The notes beneath the pieces were generated by a model. It ran no database searches, was not told the DNA's origin, and was given only the letters and a program-made list of their open reading frames with translations. This document shows positions 20,264-30,413 of a DNA stretch of 64,000 bases, in pieces (the stretch's first letter is position 1; each line of letters begins with the position of its first letter). Where the stretch lies: positions 64,001 to 128,000 of the forward strand of contig JBDHAB010000004.1 in NCBI GenBank assembly GCA_039588295.1. The letters run 5' to 3'. Source of the DNA: Gemmatimonadota bacterium (GTDB lineage Bacteria; Gemmatimonadota; Gemmatimonadetes; Gemmatimonadales; GWC2-71-9). The translations under genes and the position numbers were made by a program.

Positions 20264-20694
20264 GAGCCCCCCGTCTCGTCCAGCTCCGACAACGCCCGCT
20301 GTGCGTGCTCAATCCACTTCTCGGCTTCCGGACCGCGGGGCGGCCGGCGAAGGAAGGTGTGGAGGTGGTTGGTGGCCGCATCGATTTCGCCACGGCGAAT
20401 CAAGAGGAAGGCGAGTCCATAGTGCGCGCCGGCCAGATCGGGGTCGATCTCGAGGGCGCGACGGTAGTGCCGGATAGCGTCCTCGTAGCGGTTGGTCTTG
20501 GTGAAGGCGATGGCGATGTTCTGGAGGACTCGTGGGTCGGCGGGGTGATCCCGGAGCGCCAACCGGTAGGAGGTCAGCGCTGCGTCGAAATCACCCTGCC
20601 GCTCGAGGGCGAGCGCCTCGTTCAGGTAGTCCAACCGCTGCGGCCTGACGGCAGCGTTCGGTCGGCGGCCAAAGAGACGGTTCCAGAACCCCAT
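20260..20694 (-). CDS. Tetratricopeptide repeat protein
   Basis: TPR consensus repeats, e.g. AIRHYRRALEIDPDLAGAHYGLA. Confidence 0.88.
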   Translation of the reverse strand: MGFWNRLFGRRPNAAVRPQRLDYLNEALALERQGDFDAALTSYRLALRDHPADPRVLQNIAIAFTKTNRYEDAIRHYRRALEIDPDLAGAHYGLAFLLIRRGEIDAATNHLHTFLRRPPRGPEAEKWIEHAQRALSELDETGGS

Positions 20695-20832
20695 TCGAGC
20701 GTGAAGATAACCTGGCGAGCGCGTGACGCCTAGACGGGGGATGATGGCGCGGTGGTGAGGCAATCGAAGCCACATGCGATGCATCCCGAGTGGCGCCATT
20801 GTCACCGCCGTGACCCTGCGGTAGTATGCCAG

Positions 20833-21369
20833 ATGATGCGTGATCCGCTACTGAACCGCGACTCCCGAGAAGTCCTCGAGGTCGACTGGACACTGTTCGG
20901 CGAACTCTGCCGAGGGCTGGCGCTGCGCATCGCGCAGGATTATGAGCCCGACCTGGTCATCGGCATCGCGAAAGCGGGTGTCCTGCCTGGCGCCGTGGTC
21001 GCCTCGATCTTGGGGTGCGATTTCGCCGCAATGACAATCACCCGCCGCCAGATGGCCCGCCGTCCAACCCTCGTATCGGGTCCGCCGTCATCGGTGACGG
21101 GTCAACGAGTGCTGCTTGTCGACGAGACCTGTGATTCCGGCGACACCCTCAAGGTCGCCCTAGCGGCCGTGCGGCGGCTTGCACCGGCGGAAGTGCAGAC
21201 TGCGGTGTCGATCAAGACGGGCGCGTACGTGCCGCACTATCACGCGCTCGCGACCGAGAACTACATCATCCTTCCGTGGGATCGTGAGATCATTCTGGAT
21301 GGAGAACTCACCCTGCGCCCGGAGTATGCGGAAAAGCTCGACGCCCTCGACCCGGAGCGCGGGCTCTAG
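20833..21369 (+). CDS. Phosphoribosyltransferase family protein
   Basis: PRPP loop VLLVDETCDSGDTL. Confidence 0.88.
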   Translation: MMRDPLLNRDSREVLEVDWTLFGELCRGLALRIAQDYEPDLVIGIAKAGVLPGAVVASILGCDFAAMTITRRQMARRPTLVSGPPSSVTGQRVLLVDETCDSGDTLKVALAAVRRLAPAEVQTAVSIKTGAYVPHYHALATENYIILPWDREIILDGELTLRPEYAEKLDALDPERGL

Positions 21370-21387
21370 GGTCCTGGCGCTCTTCGG

Positions 21388-21942
21388 CTACGCGCCGACC
21401 ACGACCGCGTAGTCCTGCCCTTCGCTGATCGCGTCGTACACCGCCGAGAGTGTCTCGGGTGAGCCGGCGAGAAACCGGCACCGGTCATCTCCTTGACCAC
21501 GACACTCCATTTCCATCACCGCGAGTGGGCTCCCCTCGGCCAGCGTGGTGAGGAAGCTGGCCAGAAAGCCCGTGGAGAAGAAGCACGATGGACCGTCGGA
21601 TGGTGCATCGGTGTCGGCTTCAGCCCAGTTCTCCGAGGAAAGGGCGAATGCCCGGTCGCCAACGCGCTCGGTAACCACCGTGCCCCAGCCCAACTCCTGG
21701 AGAAACGTGGACAGGACCTCAGTCAACGCATCTGCGTCGAGGTCGCCAGGATGGGGAACGGCCGCAAACGTCGGAAGCCACTCAGCGAAGGCACGGAACA
21801 CTTCCTCTCCCGCGGCATAGCCCATCTCCTGCAGACGCGTCGCTCCCGCATCCTCGCCGAGGTCTTCGAGCAGTGCAGTGCGCATGGCGCGAAGCGCTGC
21901 GGCGCCGATGCCGATCACACCTTGTCGGTATGCGTGGGTCAT
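21388..21942 (-). CDS. Stand-alone V4R domain protein
   Basis: LGWG, C.F..GFL and E.ECRGQGDDRCRF. Confidence 0.85.
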   Translation of the reverse strand: MTHAYRQGVIGIGAAALRAMRTALLEDLGEDAGATRLQEMGYAAGEEVFRAFAEWLPTFAAVPHPGDLDADALTEVLSTFLQELGWGTVVTERVGDRAFALSSENWAEADTDAPSDGPSCFFSTGFLASFLTTLAEGSPLAVMEMECRGQGDDRCRFLAGSPETLSAVYDAISEGQDYAVVVGA

Positions 21943-22121
21943 GGTCGGAAGCGGTTTGGGATGAGGCAACTTAGGATACCTGCACGATCGTACGCAAGAG
22001 CCGCATGACGCTCGATCGGTCGTGCCGGCGCATGGAACATCGACTTCGCCCGGTGCGGCCCCCTCGACGGCCCTGGGAGCGCGGGGTAAAATGCAGCGTA
22101 CCCTCGTATTGGAGGACGTTC

Positions 22122-23492
22122 GTGCGTCGACTCGCCATGCTGGGTCTGCTGCTTGCCACGCCGCTGATGGCGCAGACCGTTCCGAAAGACGCTCCACCAG
22201 TCGCCGCGCTTCCCGGCGCGGGTCGTGCGATCGAGTTGGAGGTGTACCGCGCGCGCCGAACGCGGCTCATCGAGCGGGTTGGCCACGGGGTGATCGTCGT
22301 TGCAGCGGCGAGCCGCCGCAATCTCGAAGCACTCGTCCTTCAGGACAACGATTTCAGACAGGACGACTACTTCATGTATCTGACGGGGCTCGAGTCCCCG
22401 GATGCCTGGCTGCTATTGACTGCAGGCCCCGGCGGGGTGACCGAGATGTTGTTCCTGCCTCCCACCAGCCCAGTGCGTGCGCGCTGGACCGGGGTGCAGC
22501 TCGGTCCGGGGGAGACGGCGGTCCGATTGACCGGTATCGCGCGCGTCGCGGTCATGACGCCCGAAGCCCTCGAAGACGCGGTAGCTGAGGCCGTGTCGAG
22601 TGGAGGCGGACCGCTCTACACTGTGGTCACCCGTGGGGGCGAGGTGCATCCGCTCCTCGAGCGGTGGCGCTCCGAGTCCGACCGGCTGCAGAACGTCCGG
22701 CCGACCCTGGATAGCATGCGGGTCATCAAGGATGAGCACGGTCTCGCGGCGCTGCGCCGCGCCATCGCGATCACCGGTGAGGGCATCCGAGCGGGCATGC
22801 GGGTGGTGCGGCCCGGAATGTTCGAGTACCAGCTCGAGGCCGTCATCGAATACAGGTTCCGCAGCTTCGGAGCCGACCGCATGGGCTTCCCATCCATTGT
22901 CGGCAGCGGTCCCAACAACACGGTACTGCACTACGACGTCAATCGTCGAGAGATGCGCGATGGCGACCTCGTGGTGGTGGATGTCGGTGCAGAGTACGCG
23001 CACTACACCGCAGACATCACCCGCACCTTCCCCGTCGGCGGAACGTTCACCGACAGGCAGAAAGCCGTGTACGATCTGGTGCTGGGAGCGCAGGGCGCCG
23101 TCATTCAGGCCATCAGGCCAGGTATCACCCTTGGCGACTTGAACCGCGTCGCGAGGAACTACCTCGCTGAGCATGGGGACGAACTCTGCGGTGCCGATGA
23201 CTGCAGCCGCTATCTCATGCACGGAGTGAGCCACTGGCTCGGCATGCGGGTACACGACGTTGGCGCCGGACGCATGCCCCTGCAGCCGGGCATGGTGTTG
23301 ACGGTGGAGCCGGGTGTGTACCTTGAGAAGGAGTCTCTTGGCATCCGCATCGAGGATGATGTCCTGGTGACGGAGCACGGTGCCGAGGTCCTCTCGGCTG
23401 CGGTGCCGAAGACGACAGAGGCAATTGAGGCGTTGATGCAGGCGCGCAGCGCAGAACCCGGGAACGTGGGGGTGCCCGATGGCGCGAGATAA
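22122..23492 (+). CDS. pepP: Xaa-Pro aminopeptidase (M24B), signal peptide
   Basis: FRQDDYFMYLTG, DVGAE..YTADITRT, HGVSHWLG, TVEPG and IRIEDD. Confidence 0.9.
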   Translation: MRRLAMLGLLLATPLMAQTVPKDAPPVAALPGAGRAIELEVYRARRTRLIERVGHGVIVVAAASRRNLEALVLQDNDFRQDDYFMYLTGLESPDAWLLLTAGPGGVTEMLFLPPTSPVRARWTGVQLGPGETAVRLTGIARVAVMTPEALEDAVAEAVSSGGGPLYTVVTRGGEVHPLLERWRSESDRLQNVRPTLDSMRVIKDEHGLAALRRAIAITGEGIRAGMRVVRPGMFEYQLEAVIEYRFRSFGADRMGFPSIVGSGPNNTVLHYDVNRREMRDGDLVVVDVGAEYAHYTADITRTFPVGGTFTDRQKAVYDLVLGAQGAVIQAIRPGITLGDLNRVARNYLAEHGDELCGADDCSRYLMHGVSHWLGMRVHDVGAGRMPLQPGMVLTVEPGVYLEKESLGIRIEDDVLVTEHGAEVLSAAVPKTTEAIEALMQARSAEPGNVGVPDGAR

Positions 23493-23808
23493 AGAGCTCG
23501 ATCTGGTCGAGGATGACGAGGACTTCTCCGACGAAGAGGAACTCGAGGCATTGGTCGAAGCGGAGGGTGCAAGTGGGCTTATCGGCTTCATCGGTGGGTT
23601 GCTGCTCGGCACGCTGATCGGCGCTGGCGTCGCACTGCTGGTGGCGCCGGAACGTGGGGACGTGACGCGCCGGCGGATCCGCACGAAGGTCCGCGATGTG
23701 ACGGGCGACGCCCGTGAGCAGTTCGAGGACCTCCGCGATGGTGCGGAGCGAGAGCTCCGCCGCCGCCGCCGCAAGATCCGGCGACGCCTGAATCGCGGCG
23801 CTTCCTAG
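23479..23808 (+). CDS. YtxH domain protein
   Basis: FIGGLLLGTLIGAGVALLVAPERGDVTR. Confidence 0.85.
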   Translation: MARDKELDLVEDDEDFSDEEELEALVEAEGASGLIGFIGGLLLGTLIGAGVALLVAPERGDVTRRRIRTKVRDVTGDAREQFEDLRDGAERELRRRRRKIRRRLNRGAS

Positions 23809-23821
23809 GACTAGACGGCGA

Positions 23822-24613
23822 TCAGGTTTGCTCGCGGATCTCCGCGACGAGCCGGCGGGCTTCGGCCTGATGCTCGGGATCGGAGACGTCGCTCGTCGGG
23901 GGGAGTTCGAGCACTGCCTCGAGCTCCCGGCGTGCTTCGGCGTAGCGCGCGAGATCGAGGTAGACCTGCGCGAGTTCGAGATGATGATAGAGATAGTCCG
24001 GTTTGAGCTGGACTGCGCGCTCCAGGTGCACGACTGACGAATCCCAACTTGCGATGCCCAGGAACCCGCCGCCGAGGAACGTCTTAGCGAAGAACTTCGC
24101 CAGACCGGATAGCCGCATCACCTCGGCGTGCCACGCCCCCAGCACGTGAGCGGCCCCGTCGTGCTCGGGGTCGAGTTCGATTGCCCGCGCGGCTCCCTCG
24201 TAGATCTGCTTGGCGAAGCGGACGCGTTCTTTGCCGCCCTTGGTGCGCGAGAGCCGACCAAGGGCCTGGGCGAACATGAAGTGGCCGTCGACGCCCAGCG
24301 AGTCGGCCCGGACGGCCGCCGCGGCGTAGAGGTGTGCGACCCCGTAGAGGCTGTCACGTAGCTTCCGCTGGTCGTCGCCAAGCTGCTTGGCAACGTCGAT
24401 CTGCGCTCGGGCGAACTGCCACATTGCGTCGTAGCTCTGGTTCGCGAGGTAGGCGGCGCGGAACGCTTCGAGTGCCTCGGCGGGCCGGAGGGCGTCCGTG
24501 AGACTGTCTCCCCGCGCCATGTGCTGCTCGTATGTCAATGACGATTGGGCCAGCAGCATCGGTGCCGAGACGACGCTCAGCGCTAACAACCCGAGGGCAC
24601 GAAGACCGCGCAT
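23822..24613 (-). CDS. Secreted TPR-like protein
   Basis: Signal peptide and helical repeats. Confidence 0.8.
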   Translation of the reverse strand: MRGLRALGLLALSVVSAPMLLAQSSLTYEQHMARGDSLTDALRPAEALEAFRAAYLANQSYDAMWQFARAQIDVAKQLGDDQRKLRDSLYGVAHLYAAAAVRADSLGVDGHFMFAQALGRLSRTKGGKERVRFAKQIYEGAARAIELDPEHDGAAHVLGAWHAEVMRLSGLAKFFAKTFLGGGFLGIASWDSSVVHLERAVQLKPDYLYHHLELAQVYLDLARYAEARRELEAVLELPPTSDVSDPEHQAEARRLVAEIREQT

Positions 24614-24664
24614 GAAACAACTCCGGAATCGGGGGCGCAACGGGAAACGCAAAGTGGGCTGCTA

Positions 24665-25996
24665 ATGATTGTAATACCCTTGATCGAGCGCAAGCGCGAC
24701 GGCAAGCGCCTTACCGAAACCGAGTGGCACGAACTCGTTGCGGCGTACGCGCGTGGAGCAGTGCCGGACTACCAGATGGCGGCGCTCATGATGGCCGTGC
24801 GCCTGAACGGTCTCGAGCCGGCAGAGCTCACGGCGCTCACGGACGCGATGTGCGAGTCCGGCACCCAGCTCCGGTTCGGACCGGACGTGCCACCACGGGT
24901 GGATAAGCACTCGACGGGAGGTGTGGGAGACAAGGTCTCCATCGTGCTGGCCCCACTCATGGCGGCGGCAGGCGTGGCGGTGCCGATGGTGTCCGGCCGC
25001 GGACTCGCTCACACCGGCGGGACCCTGGACAAGCTGCAGTCGATCCGTGGCTTCCGGGTGGATCTCTCCCTCGAGGAAGCCGTCGCACAGGTCGGACGCA
25101 TCGGAGCCGCGTTGATCGGTCAGACCGCCGAGATCGCCCCGGCCGATCGGAAGCTGTACGCGTTGCGGGACGCGACGGCGACGGTCGATGCGATTGCGCT
25201 CATGGCGGCGAGCATCATGTCCAAGAAGTTGGCCGAAGGGTTGAACGGCCTCGTGCTCGACATCAAGCGCGGCAGTGGAGCGTTCCTCCCCGACCTCGAT
25301 GATGGATTGGAGCTGGCCCGGATCATGGTCCGACTCGGGGCGGATCGCGGATGCCTGACCGTGGCGCTGCTGACCGCCATGGACCGGCCGCTGGGACACG
25401 CATGTGGCAATGCGATCGAAGTTGCAGAGTCGATTGCGGCGCTCCGAAACGAGGGCCCCGCCGATCTCTTAGAGGTCGTCTACCGGCTGGGCGTGGAAAT
25501 GCTCCACGTGGTCGGAATCGAGCCCGACCGTCAACGCGCTCGGGCGACGCTCGAGGCAACGATGGCGACCGGCCGGGCGCTGAACAAGTTCCGCGAGATT
25601 GTCGCCGCCCAGGGCGGTGATCCGCGCGTCGTAGACGATGTGAGTCTCCTCCCGAGGGCCCCGGTGGTGAAGGACTATGCGGCGACAAGATCCGGCTATG
25701 TCGCGGGCGTCGAGCCGCGCAGGCTGGGCCAAGCGATCGTCACCATGGGTGGCGGACGTCAACGCATGGAGGACGCGGTGGATCCGGCAGTCGGGTTGGT
25801 CGTGCACCGCAAACCGGGCGACCGCGTCGAGCGGGGTGAGCCCGTCGTCACGATCCACGCGCGCGATGCCGACGGACTCGCCGAGGGTCAGCGGGCGCTC
25901 GGCGAGGCGGTACAGATCGTCCCGGAAATGCCCGACTCGGCGCTGCCGCTGATCTCACACCGCGTGACGGTGGACGGCGTTGAAGAGCTCGCGTAG
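24665..25996 (+). CDS. pdp: Thymidine/pyrimidine-nucleoside phosphorylase
   Basis: DKHSTGGVGDK, SGRGLAHTGGTLDKL and SIMSKKLAEG. Confidence 0.95.
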   Translation: MIVIPLIERKRDGKRLTETEWHELVAAYARGAVPDYQMAALMMAVRLNGLEPAELTALTDAMCESGTQLRFGPDVPPRVDKHSTGGVGDKVSIVLAPLMAAAGVAVPMVSGRGLAHTGGTLDKLQSIRGFRVDLSLEEAVAQVGRIGAALIGQTAEIAPADRKLYALRDATATVDAIALMAASIMSKKLAEGLNGLVLDIKRGSGAFLPDLDDGLELARIMVRLGADRGCLTVALLTAMDRPLGHACGNAIEVAESIAALRNEGPADLLEVVYRLGVEMLHVVGIEPDRQRARATLEATMATGRALNKFREIVAAQGGDPRVVDDVSLLPRAPVVKDYAATRSGYVAGVEPRRLGQAIVTMGGGRQRMEDAVDPAVGLVVHRKPGDRVERGEPVVTIHARDADGLAEGQRALGEAVQIVPEMPDSALPLISHRVTVDGVEELA

Positions 25997-26067
25997 CCCG
26001 AGTCTCGATTTCGGCCGATGCTGACCGCTGGTGCCCGCGAGACGGTCGACCGGTGCCGGACTTGGCG

Positions 26068-26301
26068 TTACGGCCTTGGCGCGCCGGGGCCCCAGTCCGG
26101 CAGCTCGTCTTCCGCTTCTTCCGGTGTGGTGAAGGCGTCGAGGTCACGGACCTCGTTTTCGGCTTGCTCGAGCGTGTCCCGGTCGATCTCGTCGTCCGCT
26201 CCGAGGGCGTCCTCAGGACCGCTGGCGGCGGGCCGTGCGAGCAGCCAAGCCAAGGCGGCGAGCAGAACGAGAATGACGACACCGAGCGCAACGGATGACA
26301 T
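26068..26301 (-). CDS. Small membrane-anchored acidic protein
   Basis: N-terminal TM helix and acidic tail, co-directional with arsC. Confidence 0.7.
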   Translation of the reverse strand: MSSVALGVVILVLLAALAWLLARPAASGPEDALGADDEIDRDTLEQAENEVRDLDAFTTPEEAEDELPDWGPGAPRP

Positions 26302-26304
26302 CGG

Positions 26305-26715
26305 TCAACTCTCCTGCTCCTGCCAGAACGCGTCGATGCGTTGCTTGATCAAGTCCCGGACCATACGGAAGGATGCGCGTTGTGCCTCGTCGGTGGGTGC
26401 TGGGGCAGCCGGATCCGGCATTGGCCAGGCGAGGCGACGACCCTGGGTGCGGGCCACAGGACACTCCTCCTCCGCGCACAGCGTGACGACCACGTCGGCA
26501 TCGGCGAGGGGCACTGCGCTCAGTCCCTTGGATCGGTGCGCGCCGATGTCGATTCCGATCTCGCCCATCACCTCTCGTGCCAGGGGGTGTACGACACTGG
26601 GTTGGGAGCCGGCGCTGTGCACTTGCCAGTGTGGCGGTGCGCTCGATCGGGCGAGTCCCTCCGCCATCTGACTCCGAGCGGAGTTCGCGACACACAAGAA
26701 GACGATCTGGGGCAA
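26305..26715 (-). CDS. arsC: Arsenate reductase/LMW phosphatase family
   Basis: CVANSARSQMAE P-loop, SAG, CAEEECP and DPA. Confidence 0.85.
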   Translation of the reverse strand: MPQIVFLCVANSARSQMAEGLARSSAPPHWQVHSAGSQPSVVHPLAREVMGEIGIDIGAHRSKGLSAVPLADADVVVTLCAEEECPVARTQGRRLAWPMPDPAAPAPTDEAQRASFRMVRDLIKQRIDAFWQEQES

Positions 26716-26721
26716 ACGGAA

Positions 26722-27111
26722 CTAGGCGGAGGATCCCAGTTCGTCGAGAATGTCCGGGGCCCGAACCAGAACGAGAATCGCTGCCTGCGGCACGACGAGG
26801 TAGCGTTGTCCCTCGAAGGTGATCTCGACGGCCGCCTTGCGGAAGAACAGCGCGAAGTCGCCGACCCGGGCCTGTGTGGGTACGAACCGGGGCTCGGCGC
26901 CTTCCACCTTCCACGGCTCGTCGCTGAGCTCGGTCGGTGCCGAGAGGGGTGTTCCCGGACCCGTGGCAACGATGCGGCCGCTCTGCACTGCTTGATGGTC
27001 GACGGCCGTCGGTGGCAGGTACAGCCCCACGTTGGTGCGCTCCTCCCCCTCCTGCGGCACCACGAGGACCCGGTCGCCCACCACGACGAGCTTCTTCACA
27101 GGATCGGCCAT
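26722..27111 (-). CDS. GroES-family co-chaperone (no groEL adjacent)
   Basis: VVGDRVLV, GLYLP, G.IVATGPG and VGD. Confidence 0.85.
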   Translation of the reverse strand: MADPVKKLVVVGDRVLVVPQEGEERTNVGLYLPPTAVDHQAVQSGRIVATGPGTPLSAPTELSDEPWKVEGAEPRFVPTQARVGDFALFFRKAAVEITFEGQRYLVVPQAAILVLVRAPDILDELGSSA

Positions 27112-27170
27112 GCTTCAAATGAAACGGTGGCAGACGGCAGGCGCCAGGGGAGAGGGCCGGCGACCCCCGC

Positions 27171-29723
27171 TCATTCGGCGATTTCCCGGAGCATCGCGAG
27201 CGGCGGGCGGTTTGCGAGGTCTCGACCACCCCAGAATCCGATGATGGTCGTGAGCGCACAGGCACCGACTCCGAGCACTGCCAGCGGGAGCAGTGGGAGA
27301 CTGAAACGCAGGTCAAACAGGAATCGCGTCGCGGCCCATCCGGCGATTCCCGCCAGCACGATGCCACTTACCGCCGCCAACGACCCAAGTGCCAAGTACT
27401 CGACTCCCAGGATGCGGACGACCTGGCGTGTCTCTGCGCCGAGCGTCTTGAGGAGCACGTTTTCCCGGAGCCGTTCGTACCGGGAGGTCGCCACAGCAGC
27501 GATCAGGACGGCGATGCCGCACACGATACTGAAGAGCGCCATGACACGAACCGCAAGCGTGACGCTTTGAACCACGGTGTCGATGGTTTCCTGCACGAGC
27601 CGGAGGTCGACCACCGATACGTTCGGGTGGTTGACGACCAGTTCCCGTTGCAGCGTCATGTTGGCCTCGAGGTCGCCGACATGGGTCAACATCACGAAGG
27701 TCTGCGGCGCCTGCTCGAGGGCCCCGGGCTCGAAGACAACGAAGAAGTTCGGTTCGAATCTCGCCCAATCGACCGTGCGGACGCTCGCGATCTCGCTCTC
27801 CACGGTGACCCCCTGGACGTCCCAGGTGATGTGATCTCCGAGGTCGACCCGGAGTTCCTCCGCGAGGCTCTCTTCGATCGAAATCCGCACGACGTCCGGT
27901 TGGACGGTCGGCGTCGGGCGATGCCACCATTCGCCGGCGACGACGGTTTCGGAGTTGACAACGGTGTCGCGATAGGTGTTGCGATACTCTCGGCGCAGCG
28001 CCCACCGCGAGGGCCGCTGGCCGGTGGTATCCCGCAGCAGGGAGTCGACCGACCGCTCGTTGATCGCGGCAATGCGTGACGGAACCATGGGGACCGGTGC
28101 GAGACTCGTGTCGGCATGGATACGCAGGAGTCGTTCCACCCCGGCCACCTGATCCGGTTGAACGTCGAACACCACGAGATTCGGCCGGTCGGTTCGCATA
28201 TCGAAGGCAAGCTGATCCAGGATGTTGCGCTGTACGACGTCCAGGGATCCCAGCAAGAAGACGCCGAATCCCACCGTGAGCGTGACCGAGACGGTTTGGT
28301 TGTGCGGCCGGAAGAGGTTGGCGACCCCCTGGCGCACGACGTACGGGGCGCGACGAGGGAAGAAACGGTGGGTGGCCCGCATCAAGGCCCATGCGGTTAC
28401 CCAGAGGGCGCACATGGTGACCGTAATGGCGATGGCAAACGCGAGCCCCGCGGCGGGTACTGGTGCCTGAGATAGACACAGCCCCAGGACCGTCAGACCC
28501 AGAACCGCATACGTAGCGACCCGCCAGACGTCGATTCGTCGTGCAGGGGCGTCGAACCCTCGCCGAAGTGCGCGCAGCGGTGCGACGCCCCGGATGGTGA
28601 GAAGCGGCAGGACGCCGAACGCCAAGGCCACCCACAACCCGAGTCCGAGCCCGGCGAGGACCGGTCCGGGCCGGATGGATGTGCCCACCTCCAGCGGGAG
28701 AAAATCGGCGAGGAGCCCCGGAAGGCTCCGCTCGACGAGCAGTCCGATCGCGATCCCGATGGCCGACCCCGCCAGTCCAATGAGCACCGCCTGGAGGAGG
28801 TAGACGGCGAACACCGTCCGTTGGGAGGCACCGAGGCAGCGAAGCACAGCGACCGTGTTGAGCTTGCGCTTCACGTAGACGTTCACGGCGCTCGCCGTTG
28901 CCACCCCGCCCAGCAGCAGCGCCATGAGTCCCACGAGCCCGAGAAAGCGACCGAGCGCGTCGGAGTACTCCGCCAGACTCTCCTCGCGGTCCGCCGCAGT
29001 CGCGGCGCGGACCCGAGCCTCCTCGAGGAGGTCTTCGTATTCCTCGATGAAGGCGCTGGCGGCCGCACCGTCGCCGAGGTTCAGGTACGCGGCGTATCGA
29101 GCGCGGCTTCCAAAGCGGAGGAGGTTCGTCTCTTGAAGGTGCGCGGCGGGGATGTAGACGCGTGGCCCGATCGCGGCCTGAATCCCTACCTCGCCGGGGA
29201 TCCGTTCAAGCGCCGCCGCGACCACGAAGTCGGCGTCGCCGATACGGAGCGTGTCTCCGACACCGGCATCCAAGTACACGAGTCCGGAAGGATCGGCGAG
29301 CACCAAACGCCCAGCTGCCCGCAGCACGCCCCATCGACCAGCGGGATGCGTCTCGATCGTTCCGTAGTAGGGATACTCACCTGCTACCGCACGCACGTCG
29401 ACGAGTCGGGTACGACCGGTGCGCGGCGCCAACACCATCGAGGTGAAACTGGTGATGTAGGAGACGGCCGTGCCGGATCCTTCGAGGGAGTCGAGAACGG
29501 CTTGTACCGGTTCCGGGAACGGACGGGAGCTGCGCAGTTCCATGTCTGCGCCAAGGAGCCCACGCGCTTGTTGGTGAATCGCGGCCGCCACGTCGGCCCG
29601 GAACGAGATGATCGCGACGAGTGCCGCAACGCCCAGCGCGATGGCTCCCGAGTAGAGACCGATCTGCTTTCGACCCGAGCGCGCCTCGCGGACGGCCATC
29701 GCGAGGACAAACCCGTGGGTCAC
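27171..29723 (-). CDS. ybbP: ABC transporter permease, YbbP/FtsX-like
   Basis: LLGAD, YPYYG, two FtsX halves and RTVDWARFEPNFF. Confidence 0.88.
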   Translation of the reverse strand: MTHGFVLAMAVREARSGRKQIGLYSGAIALGVAALVAIISFRADVAAAIHQQARGLLGADMELRSSRPFPEPVQAVLDSLEGSGTAVSYITSFTSMVLAPRTGRTRLVDVRAVAGEYPYYGTIETHPAGRWGVLRAAGRLVLADPSGLVYLDAGVGDTLRIGDADFVVAAALERIPGEVGIQAAIGPRVYIPAAHLQETNLLRFGSRARYAAYLNLGDGAAASAFIEEYEDLLEEARVRAATAADREESLAEYSDALGRFLGLVGLMALLLGGVATASAVNVYVKRKLNTVAVLRCLGASQRTVFAVYLLQAVLIGLAGSAIGIAIGLLVERSLPGLLADFLPLEVGTSIRPGPVLAGLGLGLWVALAFGVLPLLTIRGVAPLRALRRGFDAPARRIDVWRVATYAVLGLTVLGLCLSQAPVPAAGLAFAIAITVTMCALWVTAWALMRATHRFFPRRAPYVVRQGVANLFRPHNQTVSVTLTVGFGVFLLGSLDVVQRNILDQLAFDMRTDRPNLVVFDVQPDQVAGVERLLRIHADTSLAPVPMVPSRIAAINERSVDSLLRDTTGQRPSRWALRREYRNTYRDTVVNSETVVAGEWWHRPTPTVQPDVVRISIEESLAEELRVDLGDHITWDVQGVTVESEIASVRTVDWARFEPNFFVVFEPGALEQAPQTFVMLTHVGDLEANMTLQRELVVNHPNVSVVDLRLVQETIDTVVQSVTLAVRVMALFSIVCGIAVLIAAVATSRYERLRENVLLKTLGAETRQVVRILGVEYLALGSLAAVSGIVLAGIAGWAATRFLFDLRFSLPLLPLAVLGVGACALTTIIGFWGGRDLANRPPLAMLREIAE

Positions 29724-30412
29724 GAGCGGGCTGTCTCCGAGTTGGGGACGATTCGGCCGCCTGAGAGCCGCACGATCCGGTGCGCGTTGCGAGCGAGTTG
29801 CTGGTCGTGGGTGACCAGCACCAACGTCGTCGCCGCCTCCTGATTGAGCGCAATGAGGAGATCGATGACGGCGCCACCGGTTTCTGCGTCGAGGTTTCCG
29901 GTTGGCTCGTCGGCGAACAGGATCTTCGGTTGATTCGCGAATGCGCGGGCGAGCGCCACACGCTGCTGCTCACCTCCGGACAACTGTGCCGGATAGTGAT
30001 GGACGCGTTCGGCCAGCCCTACGCGGCCGAGGAGCTCCCGCGCGCGCCGGTCCGCTGCGGCGCCGTGACCGGCTGCAGGGTGAAGCTCCACAGGCACCAA
30101 CACGTTTTCGAGCGCCGTGAGTGTGGGAATCAGCTGGAAGGTCTGAAACACGAAGCCGACTTTCTCGGCCCGGATCCGCGCGCGCTCGTCCTCGCTGAGT
30201 CCTCCCAGCTCCTGACCGTCGAGCCGGACGCTGCCACGCGTCGGTCGATCGAGACCGGCCAGCAACCCCAGCAGCGTGGTCTTGCCACTCCCGGAAGGCC
30301 CGACGATGGCGACGAACCCCTGAGGCTCGACCGCCAGGCTGATGTCCCGCAACACCGTGAGCGGACGGCCCCCGCTCATGTATGTTTGTTCCAGGTTCTC
30401 GGCGACAATCAT
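29720..30412 (-). CDS. ybbA: ABC transporter ATP-binding protein, YbbA-like
   Basis: GPSGSGKT, LSGGEQQRV and DEPTGNLD. Confidence 0.92.
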   Translation of the reverse strand: MIVAENLEQTYMSGGRPLTVLRDISLAVEPQGFVAIVGPSGSGKTTLLGLLAGLDRPTRGSVRLDGQELGGLSEDERARIRAEKVGFVFQTFQLIPTLTALENVLVPVELHPAAGHGAAADRRARELLGRVGLAERVHHYPAQLSGGEQQRVALARAFANQPKILFADEPTGNLDAETGGAVIDLLIALNQEAATTLVLVTHDQQLARNAHRIVRLSGGRIVPNSETARS

Positions 30413-30413
30413 C